NCBI RefSeq assembly: GCF_001194135.2
Contig: NC_069002.1
Coordinates: forward strand, 14,670,353 to 14,721,382
Length of the DNA stretch: 51,030 bases
Direction of reading: 5' to 3'
DNA from: Octopus bimaculoides
Lineage: Eukaryota
Positions within the stretch are counted from its first letter, which is position 1. Each line of letters starts with the position of its first letter. Shown here piece after piece: positions 36,565 to 48,652 of this stretch. Below the pieces are notes generated by a model. That model searched no databases and had not been told where the DNA came from. It saw only the letters and a list, made by a program, of their open reading frames with translations. Both the position numbers and the translations under genes were made by a program.

Positions 36565-36643
36565 TGTTGTTGTTGTTGTTGTTGTTGTACAAGAAGAAGA
36601 AGAAGAAGAAGAAGAAGAAGAAGAAGAAGAAAAAGAAGAAGGC
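36268..36643. repeat. Compound trinucleotide microsatellite: GAT/GAC, then ATT, ACT, ATT, AGT, GTT, GAA
   Basis: Seen directly. Confidence 0.95.
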
Positions 36644-37829
36644 AAGCAAGTTAAAGATGTTTAGCTTTTGAAGTCGGCTGTAAAGTAATATCTAAACAAT
36701 AGAAATGTGAAAATATTCTCAACTGAAGGATGGTTTAATATCGCCTAAGGTCTTGGGCAAATCTCTTTTAAGCCATCTTTAATGCGCTCCATTTTCTCCT
36801 TCTAGTCTTAACATTTGCAAACATTTCCTTTTCAACAATTTGATTTCCTTCTTGTTTGTTTGTCTTTTTCCTCTTGTTTCGTTCCTTCCTTTCACATACC
36901 TCTTTTCCTTCCATTTTTTGTTTTGTTTTTGTTGCGTTCTTTCATTCTCTTTCTATTCAACTATAACTGATCACAGATCTTAATTAAAATTAATTTATGG
37001 AATAACAAGTTATAAAATTTCATTATATTTAACAAAAAAAATTATACTTCGACCAAATACTTTATTATTATTATTATTATTGTTGTTGTTGTTGTTTACA
37101 TCGGACGTGTCTTCGAACGATCCAAGTAAGTTCGTTTCTAAAACATTTGTTTACACCAGCTTGGTGACACTGTTTCGTTGTACATTTGTTCCAACTTGTT
37201 AATGGAAACACCAGGAACCCGTCAATAGTTTTTCTGTGTTTGTTTAGCCCATCGTGGGATCATTTTCGGCCCACCTAATAAGTTCGGTGGGCGTGTAATC
37301 GCTTACGATTCAACAAAATGTCGGAGCGCATCTTGAAAGAGTTAAGGAAAAAAACTGCACTTCCCGCAGTTCTAGTAACTGCTAAAGATTTTTCCTCCCC
37401 TTCCCTTCTTTATTGGCAACAATACAGAAGAGGGGGAGAAGAAAAGTGAGGGTTTAAAAGTACGTGGTTACAACAGGAGCAACATTGACATCGACAGCAA
37501 TAGTGGTAGTAGTAACATCAGCGGTGGCAGCACTGACACCAGCGGCAGTGGCGGCAGCAATAGTAGTAGTGGTAACAACAACAACAACAACAACGCGAGA
37601 AACAGCAAACAGCAGCAGCAGCGGTGGCAAAGACAGTAGTAGCAGAGATGGTGGTTTTTTTTATTGTTAATGCAACGGATTTTAGCGGAAAAATAAGTAA
37701 TGCTAACATCGAAGGTGGAGAGGTGGAAAATAACGGCGACGGTGGTGGTGAGAGTGGCAACGGTGGAAGTGACTACAATTCAACCACCAACAGCAACAGC
37801 AGTTGTAACAACAACAACAACAACAACAA

Positions 37830-37860
<31 letters not shown>

Positions 37861-37884
37861 AGCAACAACAAGAAAAACTATAAC

Positions 37885-39200
37885 AAAAATAAAAGAGAGA
37901 TCTTTGTCATACCACTCGATGATAAAACGCGTGAACTCAGGAAACCAAAAAGTATTAAATTTGAGGGTGGTAAGGCCGCAGTGCTCGTACCTCCCGAAAT
38001 AATAGAGGCAAAAGAAAGGAAGCTATTTATTTCCGATGCGTATCATGCAAAATTCGGAGGGCTGAAATAGCATCCATCAGTCATGTTGAAAAGGCCCTCA
38101 GACAAATTTTAATGGATGTGGTCCATATACAGAGAGGGAGGCAGTTTTCCAGCTTTGCGGTTCTCTTTAAAAGTGAGAACCTCGCGCGTTGACATGCAGT
38201 GTCATCCCGGTGGGCTGACGAGTGGGTCCTGTATCCCACCTACTTCTTAAGGAGAACAATCAGAATCAGAGTAAATGTCTTTTCGATTGTCGCTTGCGTG
38301 GTTCAAAACCTAGAGTCACTCTTGGAGATGAAAAGGAGCAGCAAGGAGAACTGGTGCGGGATCCACTTGGAAATATTAATCCATGTGAAACAAGAACATT
38401 GAGAAGATCCCGGACCTGATCCAGCTGCTCAAAGAAAGTCCAGATGTGACATTGTGAGGCCACAAACTACCTGAGAGCCTTCTGCCGCAAAAGGTTGGGA
38501 GGTACGCGGCCACAGCTGCAGCCTACATCGCACCCCCAGCAACAGCAAAAGAGGCATTTTAATAAAACGGTAGCCTCATCTCCAACAACAACAACAACAA
38601 CAACAACAAAGGCATGTGAACCCCATACAATGAAGAAAACCACCCCAAGGTATCTGTGAAATCAGTCCTCTCTCACCCTCTCTCTGAAGCATATACTTAC
38701 ACCAACACGCTCACACTATCACAGACATAGTCTCACACTCCCCGAGGCAGATCCTACAGACGCTAGTCCCTCCCTATCCTGTAGTGAAGATAAGGAAGAA
38801 ACTTACAAAGCAAAATAACGCAAAATACGAAAGAAAAAGAAGTTAGACGAAATTACACCAAAACCTGAAGACACAGAAATTCCCAGCTCATTGAACATAG
38901 ACACAGCAAAAACAACACCAGCACCAACATCCTCATAACCACCCCTAGCCCTACTAAATCCACCAAAGCTCCCACGACCACATGCACACGCCAAACGAAA
39001 GCTCACAGTCACCAATATAGAAACACCGAATTATGTGCTCGTGGGGAGGCCAACAAAAATTTGTTGGTTCTCATAGCCAAAAATCAGGAATGTTTTTCTT
39101 ATTGTTTACATGTTTTCTCTTTTAAACCCAACTTGTTCCTTGCTTTGTATTGTCACTAATTGTTCTTGTATTCGGTCATTGTGGCCAATAAAGAAAGGAT
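37885..39200 (+). mobile_element. LINE ORF1-like (L1/Tx1-type) coding remnant followed directly by a 3' tail with AATAAA; no ORF2
   Basis: Across frameshifts: REIFVIPLDD..KFEGG..VPPEIIEAKE..YHAKFGGLK/IASISHVEKAL..VHIQRGRQF..WVLYPTYFLRRTIRIRV, then a degenerate knuckle x-x-x-C-EATN-Y-LRAF-C and a K/P/T-rich tail. AATAAA at 39187-39192. Confidence 0.6.
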
Positions 39201-39247
39201 GATTATTATTATTATTACTTGTATTATTATTATCATTATTATTATAG

Positions 39248-39820
39248 TAGACGTCGCACAGTGAGGTTATTCATTGACGATATTGTGTCTACTGGGGTTT
39301 GTGCTGTTTGTCAAGTCACAAGGACCTCAGACAGACAATACATTACGCAATATGCGTGCAGTTCCAAGTAATACCAACTTTTACAATACATCTAGATTGC
39401 AGGCTATTTCTAAGGTTTTCAGATGACTTTTCAGATTGGGTGATATTGAACCCAATGCCTCGAAGACAATAGGGGTAACATTTATGTTTGATTCTTGTAT
39501 CTGTCACATCTTAGCGATCTCAATTCTCAGGTTTCCATATTTTTCAATGTTTTCTTTCTTTCGTGATGATATGTTGATCTCCTGGCACTGCCACGTCAAA
39601 TATTAGGCACTCGTGTTTGTCCCTCCTAAAAGTTACTATATCCGGCCTTCAGTGCTTTAGTACCTTGCCTGTCTGGAAGTCAAAGGAGCAGAGGATTTTT
39701 GCCTTCTCCACTTCGTCCATTACCTTTTCCGGTGTATGTTGGTACCAATCAGCCGTAACCTCACATCCATACTTATGGCATAGTTGCCAGCGGTGGTTTT
39801 GGGCTACCTTGTCGTGTCTA
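39248..39820 (-). mobile_element. Second R4/Dong 3' fragment, 5'-truncated, with (TAA)n on both flanks
   Basis: RHDKVAQ..WQLCHKYG..WYQHTPEKV..RPDIV..DVAVPGD. Collinear with 35291-35870. ATT tracts at ~39200-39245 and 39821-39833. Confidence 0.88.
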
Positions 39821-40944
39821 ATTATTATTATTATCAATAATATATATACGCCAATTTGTTTTGTTTTTTTTGTACGTACCTGACGCATGTGTCACGCTTA
39901 AGAGAAATAAATAGTTGAAAGAAATTTTGTTGCTTAAATAAAAAAGTTTTAACTACATCTCCTGTATTAAAACCGCTACTTGTATGCTGCATTACTACTT
40001 CTCAACACTCATGCCTACTGGTCCTTCGAAGTAGCGATGGTCTGAGTGAGAAAATTAAGATACTTAAATTTGACGCGTGTGTCAAGCAAGGGAACGAGGA
40101 AGTGAGAGAGAAAGAGAGAAAGAAAGAGAGAGGGATAACGGCATGAAACTGAGTGGCTGATATGTATTTGAATTCCTTTCCACGATTGAACTGAAATTTA
40201 CCCCATCCACACACATACAATTGTTTTAGGTCTTCTACCCATTTGAATTCATCCATACACCAGATAACATGTTAAGTCATATGTTCCGAAATTTAAATTT
40301 TGAATTTGTTTTGATTATAAAATTACACCTCAGCTAAAAAAAANNNNNNNNNNNNNNNNNNNNNNNNNNNNNNNNNNNNNNNNNNNNNNNNNNNNNNNNN
40401 NNNNNNNNNNNNNNNNNNNNNNNNNNNNNNNNNNNNNNNNNNNNNNNNNNNNNNNNNNNNNNNNNNNNNNNNNNNNNNNNNNNNNNNNNNNNNNNNNNNN
40501 NNNNNNNNNNNNNNNNNNNNNNNNNNNNNNNNNNNNNNNNNNNNNNNNNNNNNNNNNNNNNNNNNNNNNNNNNNNNNNNNNNNNNNNNNNNNNNNNNNNN
40601 NNNNNNNNNNNNNNNNNNNNNNNNNNNNNNNNNNNNNNNNNNNNNNNNNNNNNNNNNNNNNNNNNNNNNNNNNNNNNNNNNNNNNNNNNNNNNNNNNNNN
40701 NNNNNNNNNNNNNNNNNNNNNNNNNNNNNNNNNNNNNNNNNNNNNNNNNNNNNNNNNNNNNNNNNNNNNNNNNNNNNNNNNNNNNNNNNNNNNNNNNNNN
40801 NNNNNNNNNNNNNNNNNNNNNNNNNNNNNNNNNNNNNNNNNNNNNNNNNNNNNNNNNNNNNNNNNNGTGTAATAATTACATATGTCTGGGACTGGAAACT
40901 TGCCTTTCAGTAGTGCTACCTGATAAATTATGGTATCTTCTGGT

Positions 40945-40994
<50 letters not shown>

Positions 40995-41429
40995 CACGCA
41001 CGCACACACACATACGCACACGATACATTCAAATGCACACAAGCAAACAGTAAATAACGTACATTATGCAGATACACCAAGCATCCATAATCACACAAAG
41101 CTATATAGACACACACACATATATGCAAATACATAACTATATTCACACTTACAAACACACGCACACATACATACATACGTGCACGTACCCATACACACAC
41201 ATACACAATATACTTACATAATTACATACATAAATACACAGATAATGCATTAATATACACATACTACACACATACATGCACACATACATACATACACAAA
41301 CATACATACATACCCATATATACACACACGCATGCATACACACATGAATATACACACATACATACATACACATACATATAAACACACATTCATATATACA
41401 TACACACATACATGCTTACACAAATACAT

Positions 41430-41462
<33 letters not shown>

Positions 41463-41892
41463 AACACACACATCCATCTAATAATATTTGTATGCGAACG
41501 AGAATCCATGTTAGGACTTGATTACATTCCTTCCTCCTAGCAAAGCATTAATGGTTTTAGTAGTGGAGAGGAGGGGGAGGGCGGCGGAAATGTCTTTAGA
41601 ATCTGATGGCCAAACAATACAACTGATGGAATTAATTGATGCCAGATGTTTGGTGGAACGTTTAATAAATTGAACGGAAAACGGTAATTTTCTCAGAGAG
41701 ATGGTTCCATCGCATAGTTGCATGGATCTCCGTTGCCTTAGAAACAGGTGTATTTCGGACACTAGCGACGAGCAAAAGCGTTGCTTTCGTTGTAGTTGTT
41801 TTCATTATTGTTGGTATTGTTGTTAATGACGACGACGCCGACGACGACAACGATGACGGTGAGGATGATGATGACGACGACGACGACGATGA

Positions 41893-41926
<34 letters not shown>

Positions 41927-42674
41927 GGTGACTGACCATAATCTGATTGCCTCTATCAGACGTATGGGTCTTTGTTTTACCAAATTCGAGGGACCCGTGT
42001 CAGGTAAGCTCCTTGCTAAGGGCCAGAACCCTTCACAGCGGATTTAACATTATTCATGGCCAAGGCGATTATCTCCTCTTTTGCATTGATGAAAACAAGA
42101 AACGGAAACGTAACGTTCCATTACTCATACAGCCGACCAATAATTGAAGACGTTCTAGACGTGACCACTTCGTGTCTTTTTGTATACCAAGGGCTACATT
42201 ATCTTATACACCTTCACTATTTAAGATGGTACCATTTGATTTAATGGAGACTTTGCTGCTGTTGATACTTTCTCCCACAGGAGTTCCGGTCATGACATTG
42301 TCCAATGCGTTTTGCCTTGTATACGACAATCATTAATGTTTTAAGGGAGAATCGGCTATTATTTCTGCTTTATCCTCAGGTTATATCATATCCAGCTTGA
42401 CAGTAATCTAATGACTGAAGCCAATAAATGAATTAGGTAAAACGAAAGATGAAGATAAGATTTTCTCATCTCTGTTGCTCAATAAATCGTGTGGAGTACC
42501 TGCGGTTCGATTAATTCCAATCCATAATCTAAGAATTGTATTGATTAAAATCAATAGGATTAATCTTCCGTATTTTCCTAGTCATTAACCAACTGTTCCA
42601 TAAATGATCCTTTGTGGGTCTTTCACATACTGTGTTTCAGATAACCTCATACATACATACATACATACATACAT

Positions 42675-43005
42675 ACCAAAAGAAACCAGAATTGTGCAAT
42701 GTTATTTTATTCACTTAGTTTTACATGTTTCTACTTTTATCGCCTTCAAAGTATTTTCCATTTGAAGCAATGCATCGGTCCAGACGCGTCTTTCACTGTT
42801 CGAAACAGCCCTGGAACTCTTGCGAAGTGATACCTTTTAACGACTCCGTCGCTTTTTATTTCATCTCTTCCACATCTGCAAATTCCATAGCAGCAGCTTT
42901 TGTCACCAGCGATGACCATCAAAAAAAGGTCCGGACCAACTTCCAACTGTTCTTTCAGTTCACGACACGCATTCAGTCAAGACTGCTTTTGATCTTCCAT
43001 GAATA
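42675..43005 (-). mobile_element. Internally deleted mariner transposase remnant
   Basis: MEDQKQS*LNACRELKEQLEVGPDLFLMVIAGDKSCCYG (degraded TGDE/W..Y block) is joined to FADVEEMK*..FQGCFEQ*KTRLDRCIASNGKYFEGD. The 3' end abuts (TATG)n. Confidence 0.8.
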
Positions 43006-43243
43006 AGCGAGGCACAAATATATACATACAATATATATACATATATATTAAATTTGAATAATTATAACTGCATATAATATATATATATACATACATACAT
43101 ACATGCATACATGCATACATGCATACATACATACATACATACATACATACATAGGTAAATAGATAGATAGATATATTTGTTGGGATGTGTATGCATGCGT
43201 GTATATATGTATGCGCATATGTATTTATCTATGCATGTGTGTA

Positions 43244-43300
<57 letters not shown>

Positions 43301-44716
43301 TTCATATCTTATCTAAAATAACTATTGCTTAACCATTTTCCTACACCGTCTCCGATGAAGGGATATATAAAATATCCCGNNNNNNNNNNNNNNNNNNNNN
43401 NNNNNNNNNNNNNNNNNNNNNNNNNNNNNNNNNNNNNNNNNNNNNNNNNNNNNNNNNNNNNNNNNNNNNNNNNNNNNNNNNNNNNNNNNNNNNNNNNNNN
43501 NNNNNNNNNNNNNNNNNNNNNNNNNNNNNNNNNNNNNNNNNNNNNNNNNNNNNNNNNNNNNNNNNNNNNNNNNNNNNNNNNNNNNNNNNNNNNNNNNNNN
43601 NNNNNNNNNNNNNNNNNNNNNNNNNNNNNNNNNNNNNNNNNNNNNNNNNNNNNNNNNNNNNNNNNNNNNNNNNNNNNNNNNNNNNNNNNNNNNNNNNNNN
43701 NNNNNNNNNNNNNNNNNNNNNNNNNNNNNNNNNNNNNNNNNNNNNNNNNNNNNNNNNNNNNNNNNNNNNNNNNNNNNNNNNNNNNNNNNNNNNNNNNNNN
43801 NNNNNNNNNNNNNNNNNNNNNNNNNNNNNNNNNNNNNNNNNNNNNNNNNNNNNNNNNNNNNNNNNNNNNNNNNNNNNNNNNNNNNNNNNNNNNNNNNNNN
43901 NNNNNNNNNNNNNNNNNNNNNNNNNNNNNNNNNNNNNNNNNNNNNNNNNNNNNNNNNNNNNNNNNNNNNNNNNNNNNNNNNNNNNNNNNNNNNNNNNNNN
44001 NNNNNNNNNNNNNNNNNNNNNNNNNNNNNNNNNNNNNNNNNNNNNNNNNNNNNNNNNNNNNNNNNNNNNNNNNNNNNNNNNNNNNNNNNNNNNNNNNNNN
44101 NNNNNNNNNNNNNNNNNNNNNNNNNNNNNNNNNNNNNNNNNNNNNNNNNNNNNNNNNNNNNNNNNNNNNNNNNNNNNNNNNNNNNNNNNNNNNNNNNNNN
44201 NNNNNNNNNNNNNNNNNNNNNNNNNNNNNNNNNNNNNNNNNNNNNNNNNNNNNNNNNNNNNNNNNNNNNNNNNNNNNNNNNNNNNNNNNNNNNNNNNNNN
44301 NNNNNNNNNNNNNNNNNNNNNNNNNGGGGGGGGGACCTCTCTAGCGTTTATTGATTATTTTCTCCTCTTACTTCTGTAAAGTATTGATTAAAAATCTCTG
44401 AAAGTTACTCACCTGAGTTTACTGTTTGCAACTTTGAATTTCTATTCGAAGCTGATTATTTGTATTCGTCCATTCTCGTATTACACTCTCTAAACATTGC
44501 TTTTATTTTATTTTCCCCTCTTTGTTGGTAAGGTGTGTGCTTGTTGCGTTCTGCTTAATAAGAAACATCACGTGGCCAATAGTTTTTCCGTCGGTCAATG
44601 GTAATTTCTTGTCCTTTTCCAAATCCATGATGACACTTATTTCTTCAGTACCTCCCAAAGTACCGATTTACAATTTATTTTCCAAAACCAGAGAACATCA
44701 AACTGCAATGTTATTG

Positions 44717-44796
44717 CAAATCGTTATTTACCCAAATTGTTATTTGCCCAAATCGTTATTTGCATAAATCGTTATTTGCATAAATCGTTGTTTGCA
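44717..44796. repeat. 16-bp minisatellite, 5 units (YAAATcgttATTTGCa)
   Basis: Units start at 44717, 44733, 44749, 44765 and 44781. Confidence 0.9.
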
Positions 44797-45827
44797 CCTT
44801 CTACAAGCGAGATCTGAATCCTTTCGAACATAAAATATCCTAATCGCCGAGGTGTACGTCATAAGAGAATAGCTCATCTTTTTTTCGACGATAGAGTGTT
44901 CACAACACACTCAACTCATTGGTGCAAAGGATTCTGGGAACCGATGTTTCGACATGTGAATATATTATTGTAAATATATTTCGTAAATATCCACAACATT
45001 GATTTCTTTAAGCAACACATTTGGTTTCCTTAATGTTTGTGGCGTGTTACAAAAACAATCCTGATTTGACAACACAGGGAACCTGCTACGCCTGACAGAG
45101 AACAGAGACCAGTGGTAACAGCTGACTATGAAAGCGTCTAGAGAAGCAACCCAGTGACAAGTTGTATCTGTTAAGGGATCTTAATGATATGAATTTGTCA
45201 TAAAAGAAGCTGTTTTTGAAAGAGAAATAGTCTTTACTTGAAAGGAGTCTTTATAACATTATATTTCACTGGTTTTATGCAACTCCTTCTCTCTTTCTCA
45301 TTTCTTCTCTCTTGCAACTAAGAGTAGAATTTTTTTTATAGTCAATGATAGTATTTCTTAGATTCACTGACATGTTGTGGACTATCAGCCTGTCTACAAA
45401 GTAATGTAGTAGCAATAAAAACCTGGTTTGTTGTGATATGTCTGTTTATTTGCCGAGTCTTCACGAGATTTTATTTATGCAGTGTTTATACACTTTCGGC
45501 AACATAATAATAATCATCATTTTTCAGAATACGGTTACAATAATCGATTCTTCTCTTGTGTTGCAACAAATGTCGCTTGTTATCAGAATTGTTTTACCGT
45601 AAAATTATTTAGCTCTGGGTAGACTTCATCCTACTATGGTTTCATTCGTTTCATACAGAAAATAAAAAAAGAAAAACCGAATTAACTACGAAAGTACTCG
45701 AATACTCGTCATACTAGATCTATGCAAATATGCATGTATTGTTATATATTTAAATATATTGAAGTACAATACTATTTATACTCGTAGATACTAAAAGAGG
45801 TATCTAATTAAAATTATTGTACACATT

Positions 45828-46225
45828 CGCAGGAGTGACTGTATGATAAGTAGCTTGCTTATCAGCCACATAGTTCCGGGTTCAGTCCCATTGCGTGGCA
45901 TCTTGGGCAAGTGTCTTCTACTATAGCCTTGGGCCGACCAAAGCCTTGTGTGTGGATTTGGTAGACGGAAACTGAAAGAAGCCCGTCGTATATATGTATA
46001 TATATGTGTGTGTGTTTGTGTGTCTGTATTTGTCCCCCTAGCATTGCTTGACAACCGATGCGGGTGTGTTTATGTCCCCGTAACTTAGCGGTTCGGCAAA
46101 AGAGACCGATAGAATAAGTACTAGGCTTACAAAGAATCAGTCCTGGGGTCGATTTGCTCGACTAAAGGCGGTGCTCCAGCATGGCCGCAGTCAAATGACT
46201 GAAACAAGTAAAAGAGTAAAAGAGT
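45828..46225 (+). mobile_element. SINE family B, full-length, well preserved
   Basis: tRNA-like head gcaggagtgactgtatgataagtagc..gggttcagtccc, central domain, internal TA/TG repeat and (gagtaaaa)n tail. Confidence 0.9.
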
Positions 46226-46587
46226 ATTCATTAATATTTCATACGTCTTGTAGTAATTGTCAGCGAAAAGAAAGGGTTAGATTGGTCTCAAGCACCCAAT
46301 ATACACACTGGCTTGGGTCATGGTACATTTTTATTGGAAACATGGAGTAAGAAGTCATTTTATTATATAGCAACGAAACGAAGCAAATCTATAAACATTT
46401 AGTTTGTAGTTGCGATTTCTTTTGAAATTACAGCTAGTGATTGTCATTTCACAGCTCAACTTTTTATAGAAGGGGTTGTTGAATATCGTGACGGTTATAT
46501 TAAGTAATACATGCAATGTTGATTACATTGGAACATTTAACAGACTAAAATACTAAATCACACCTAAAATATTGCCAAACACATACA

Positions 46588-46646
<59 letters not shown>

Positions 46647-47112
46647 ATCTCTTTCTCTNNNNNNNNNNNNNNNNNNNNNNNNNNNNNNNNNNNNNNNNNN
46701 NNNNNNNNNNNNNNNNNNNNNNNNNNNNNNNNNNNNNNNNNNNNNNNNNNNNNNNNNNNNNNNNNNNNNNNNNNNNNNNNNNNNNNNNNNNNNNNNNNNN
46801 NNNNNNNNNNNNNNNNNNNNNNNNNNNNNNNNNNNNNNNNNNNNNNNNNNNNNNNNNNNNNNNNNNNNNNNNNNNNNNNNNNNNNNNNNNNNNNNNNNNN
46901 NNNNNNNNNNNNNNNNNNNNNNNNNNNNNNNNNNNNNNNNNNNNNNNNNNNNNNNNNNNNNNNNNNNNNNNNNNNNNNNNNNNNNNNNNNNNNNNNNNNN
47001 NNNNNNNNNNNNNNNNNNNNNNNNNNNNNNNNNNNNNNNNNNNNNNNNNNNNNNNNNNNNNNNNNNNNNNNNNNNNNNNNNNNNNNNNNNNNNNNNNNNN
47101 NNNNNNNNNNNN

Positions 47113-47149
<37 letters not shown>

Positions 47150-47523
47150 ATTTTAAATCCAAATATAGATTCATATTTCATATCAACTTTATATTTTCCT
47201 CACCCAACGTCTGCTTTTTTTTCGTTTTTCTCTATTTATTTCGTGTTAACACTTTCAATCTTCACTCTTTCATCTTCAAAATATTAAAATATTGGGGTGA
47301 CAGTTAAAGGAATTTATTACACTGTTGTATCATGATATATTTCTCTGCCACAGAATCTAACTCGTCAACAGAAGTTCTTCAAAACTAGATACTGTTATAT
47401 AAGAACAGCTTAATAGCTTTATTTAAGATCGCATTCAGACGTATTAATTCTAAATATATCTTAAGTTTCTCATAAAATATTTTACATCATGTTTTGTGTT
47501 TCTTTTGTCAATTTTGGATCCAG

Positions 47524-47783
47524 ACAACTTTGTTGTGGAGCTTATTCGAATTAACATTCGACAACGATTTAATAAACATTCTACTTTGGTTAAAATGGTG
47601 ACAAACGGTGGCAGTGTTGACCAGACAAGAAAATTACGTTACGAGGCAGAATGTGACTTGCTGCGTGTTTGTTCTAGGCGTTCTAATAGCTTCAAAACAA
47701 CGGGGAAGAAGAAATCGCATGACATGCTCGAAATTCTGTCTAACTTCTTTGAGCAAAATGGAAGGAGACGCTGGAGAATGTAG
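47524..47783 (+). CDS. Candidate terminal exon of an unidentified plus-strand gene ((D)NFVVELIRINIRQRFNKHSTLVKMVTNGGSVDQTRKLRYEAECDLLRVCSRRSNSFKTTGKKKSHDMLEILSNFFEQNGRRRWRM*)
   Basis: Non-repetitive, complex-composition 95-codon ORF. It is preceded by a pyrimidine-rich acceptor (tttcttttgtcaattttggatccAG) and ends at TAG 47781-47783. No homolog recognised. Confidence 0.4.
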
Positions 47784-48419
47784 TTGTGATTATGTCAAAA
47801 GATGAGATGGTCTTGGTTGGAACTTGTCTCATAGACGAGTGTACCGGTTAATATGTTTTGATTCTTAAATGAAGTGAAGTTACTTTGTGTTTCAGAAAAG
47901 GACCTCTCAGTGGAGATAAAACATTTTCTTTGTTGCTGCATTGTTTCAGGTTCGATCCCACTCTACACGCACACAACCTCTTATCCTTCCCTTAAATATT
48001 TCGCTATCTGCCAATGTAAGAAACTACAGCTGTAGTTGCTACAGATGTTGTTGCTTTTATTTATATCCAGAACAGAAGAGAGAGAGAGAGGGTGTGAGTG
48101 GGAGAATAACAGAAAGAGCAAATCAAAACAAGGAAGTTCATAAAATAGTTATTTATGGCATCTTTCATGCATTTCCTTAACAATGAAAATACCCTAAACT
48201 CGTAAGTGGATTGCTTTGTTAAATCTTCAGAGATTGCGTAATATTGTTTAGTAATCTTTAGTATTCATACTGGACTGCTGACGGTGTTATATGTTTGCGT
48301 AGATACGCATACGCACGCGCACACACATACACACACACACAACTACCCATACGTACACAAGCAAACACGCACATACCTGCATTAGTTTACTAACAAACTT
48401 TTCATTTGGATCAGTTTCT

Positions 48420-48652
48420 TCTTACTTTATTGCCCACAAGGGGCTAAACATAGAGGGGACAAACAAGGACAGACAAAGGGATTAAGTCGATTACATCGAC
48501 CCCAGTGCGTAACTGATACTTAATTTATCGACCCCGAAAGGATGAAAGGCAAAGTCGACCTCGGCGGAATTTGAACTCAGAACGTAACGGCAGACGAAAT
48601 ACCGCTAAGCATTTCGTCCGGCGTGCTAACGTCTCTGCCAGCTCGCTGCCTT
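48420..48652 (-). mobile_element. SINE family A (tail type 2), young full-length copy with a degenerate TSD
   Basis: Reverse complement reads aaggcagcgagctggcaga...ccccttgtgggcaataaag. The flanks atttggatcagtttct and atttgataagtttct are similar. Confidence 0.9.
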
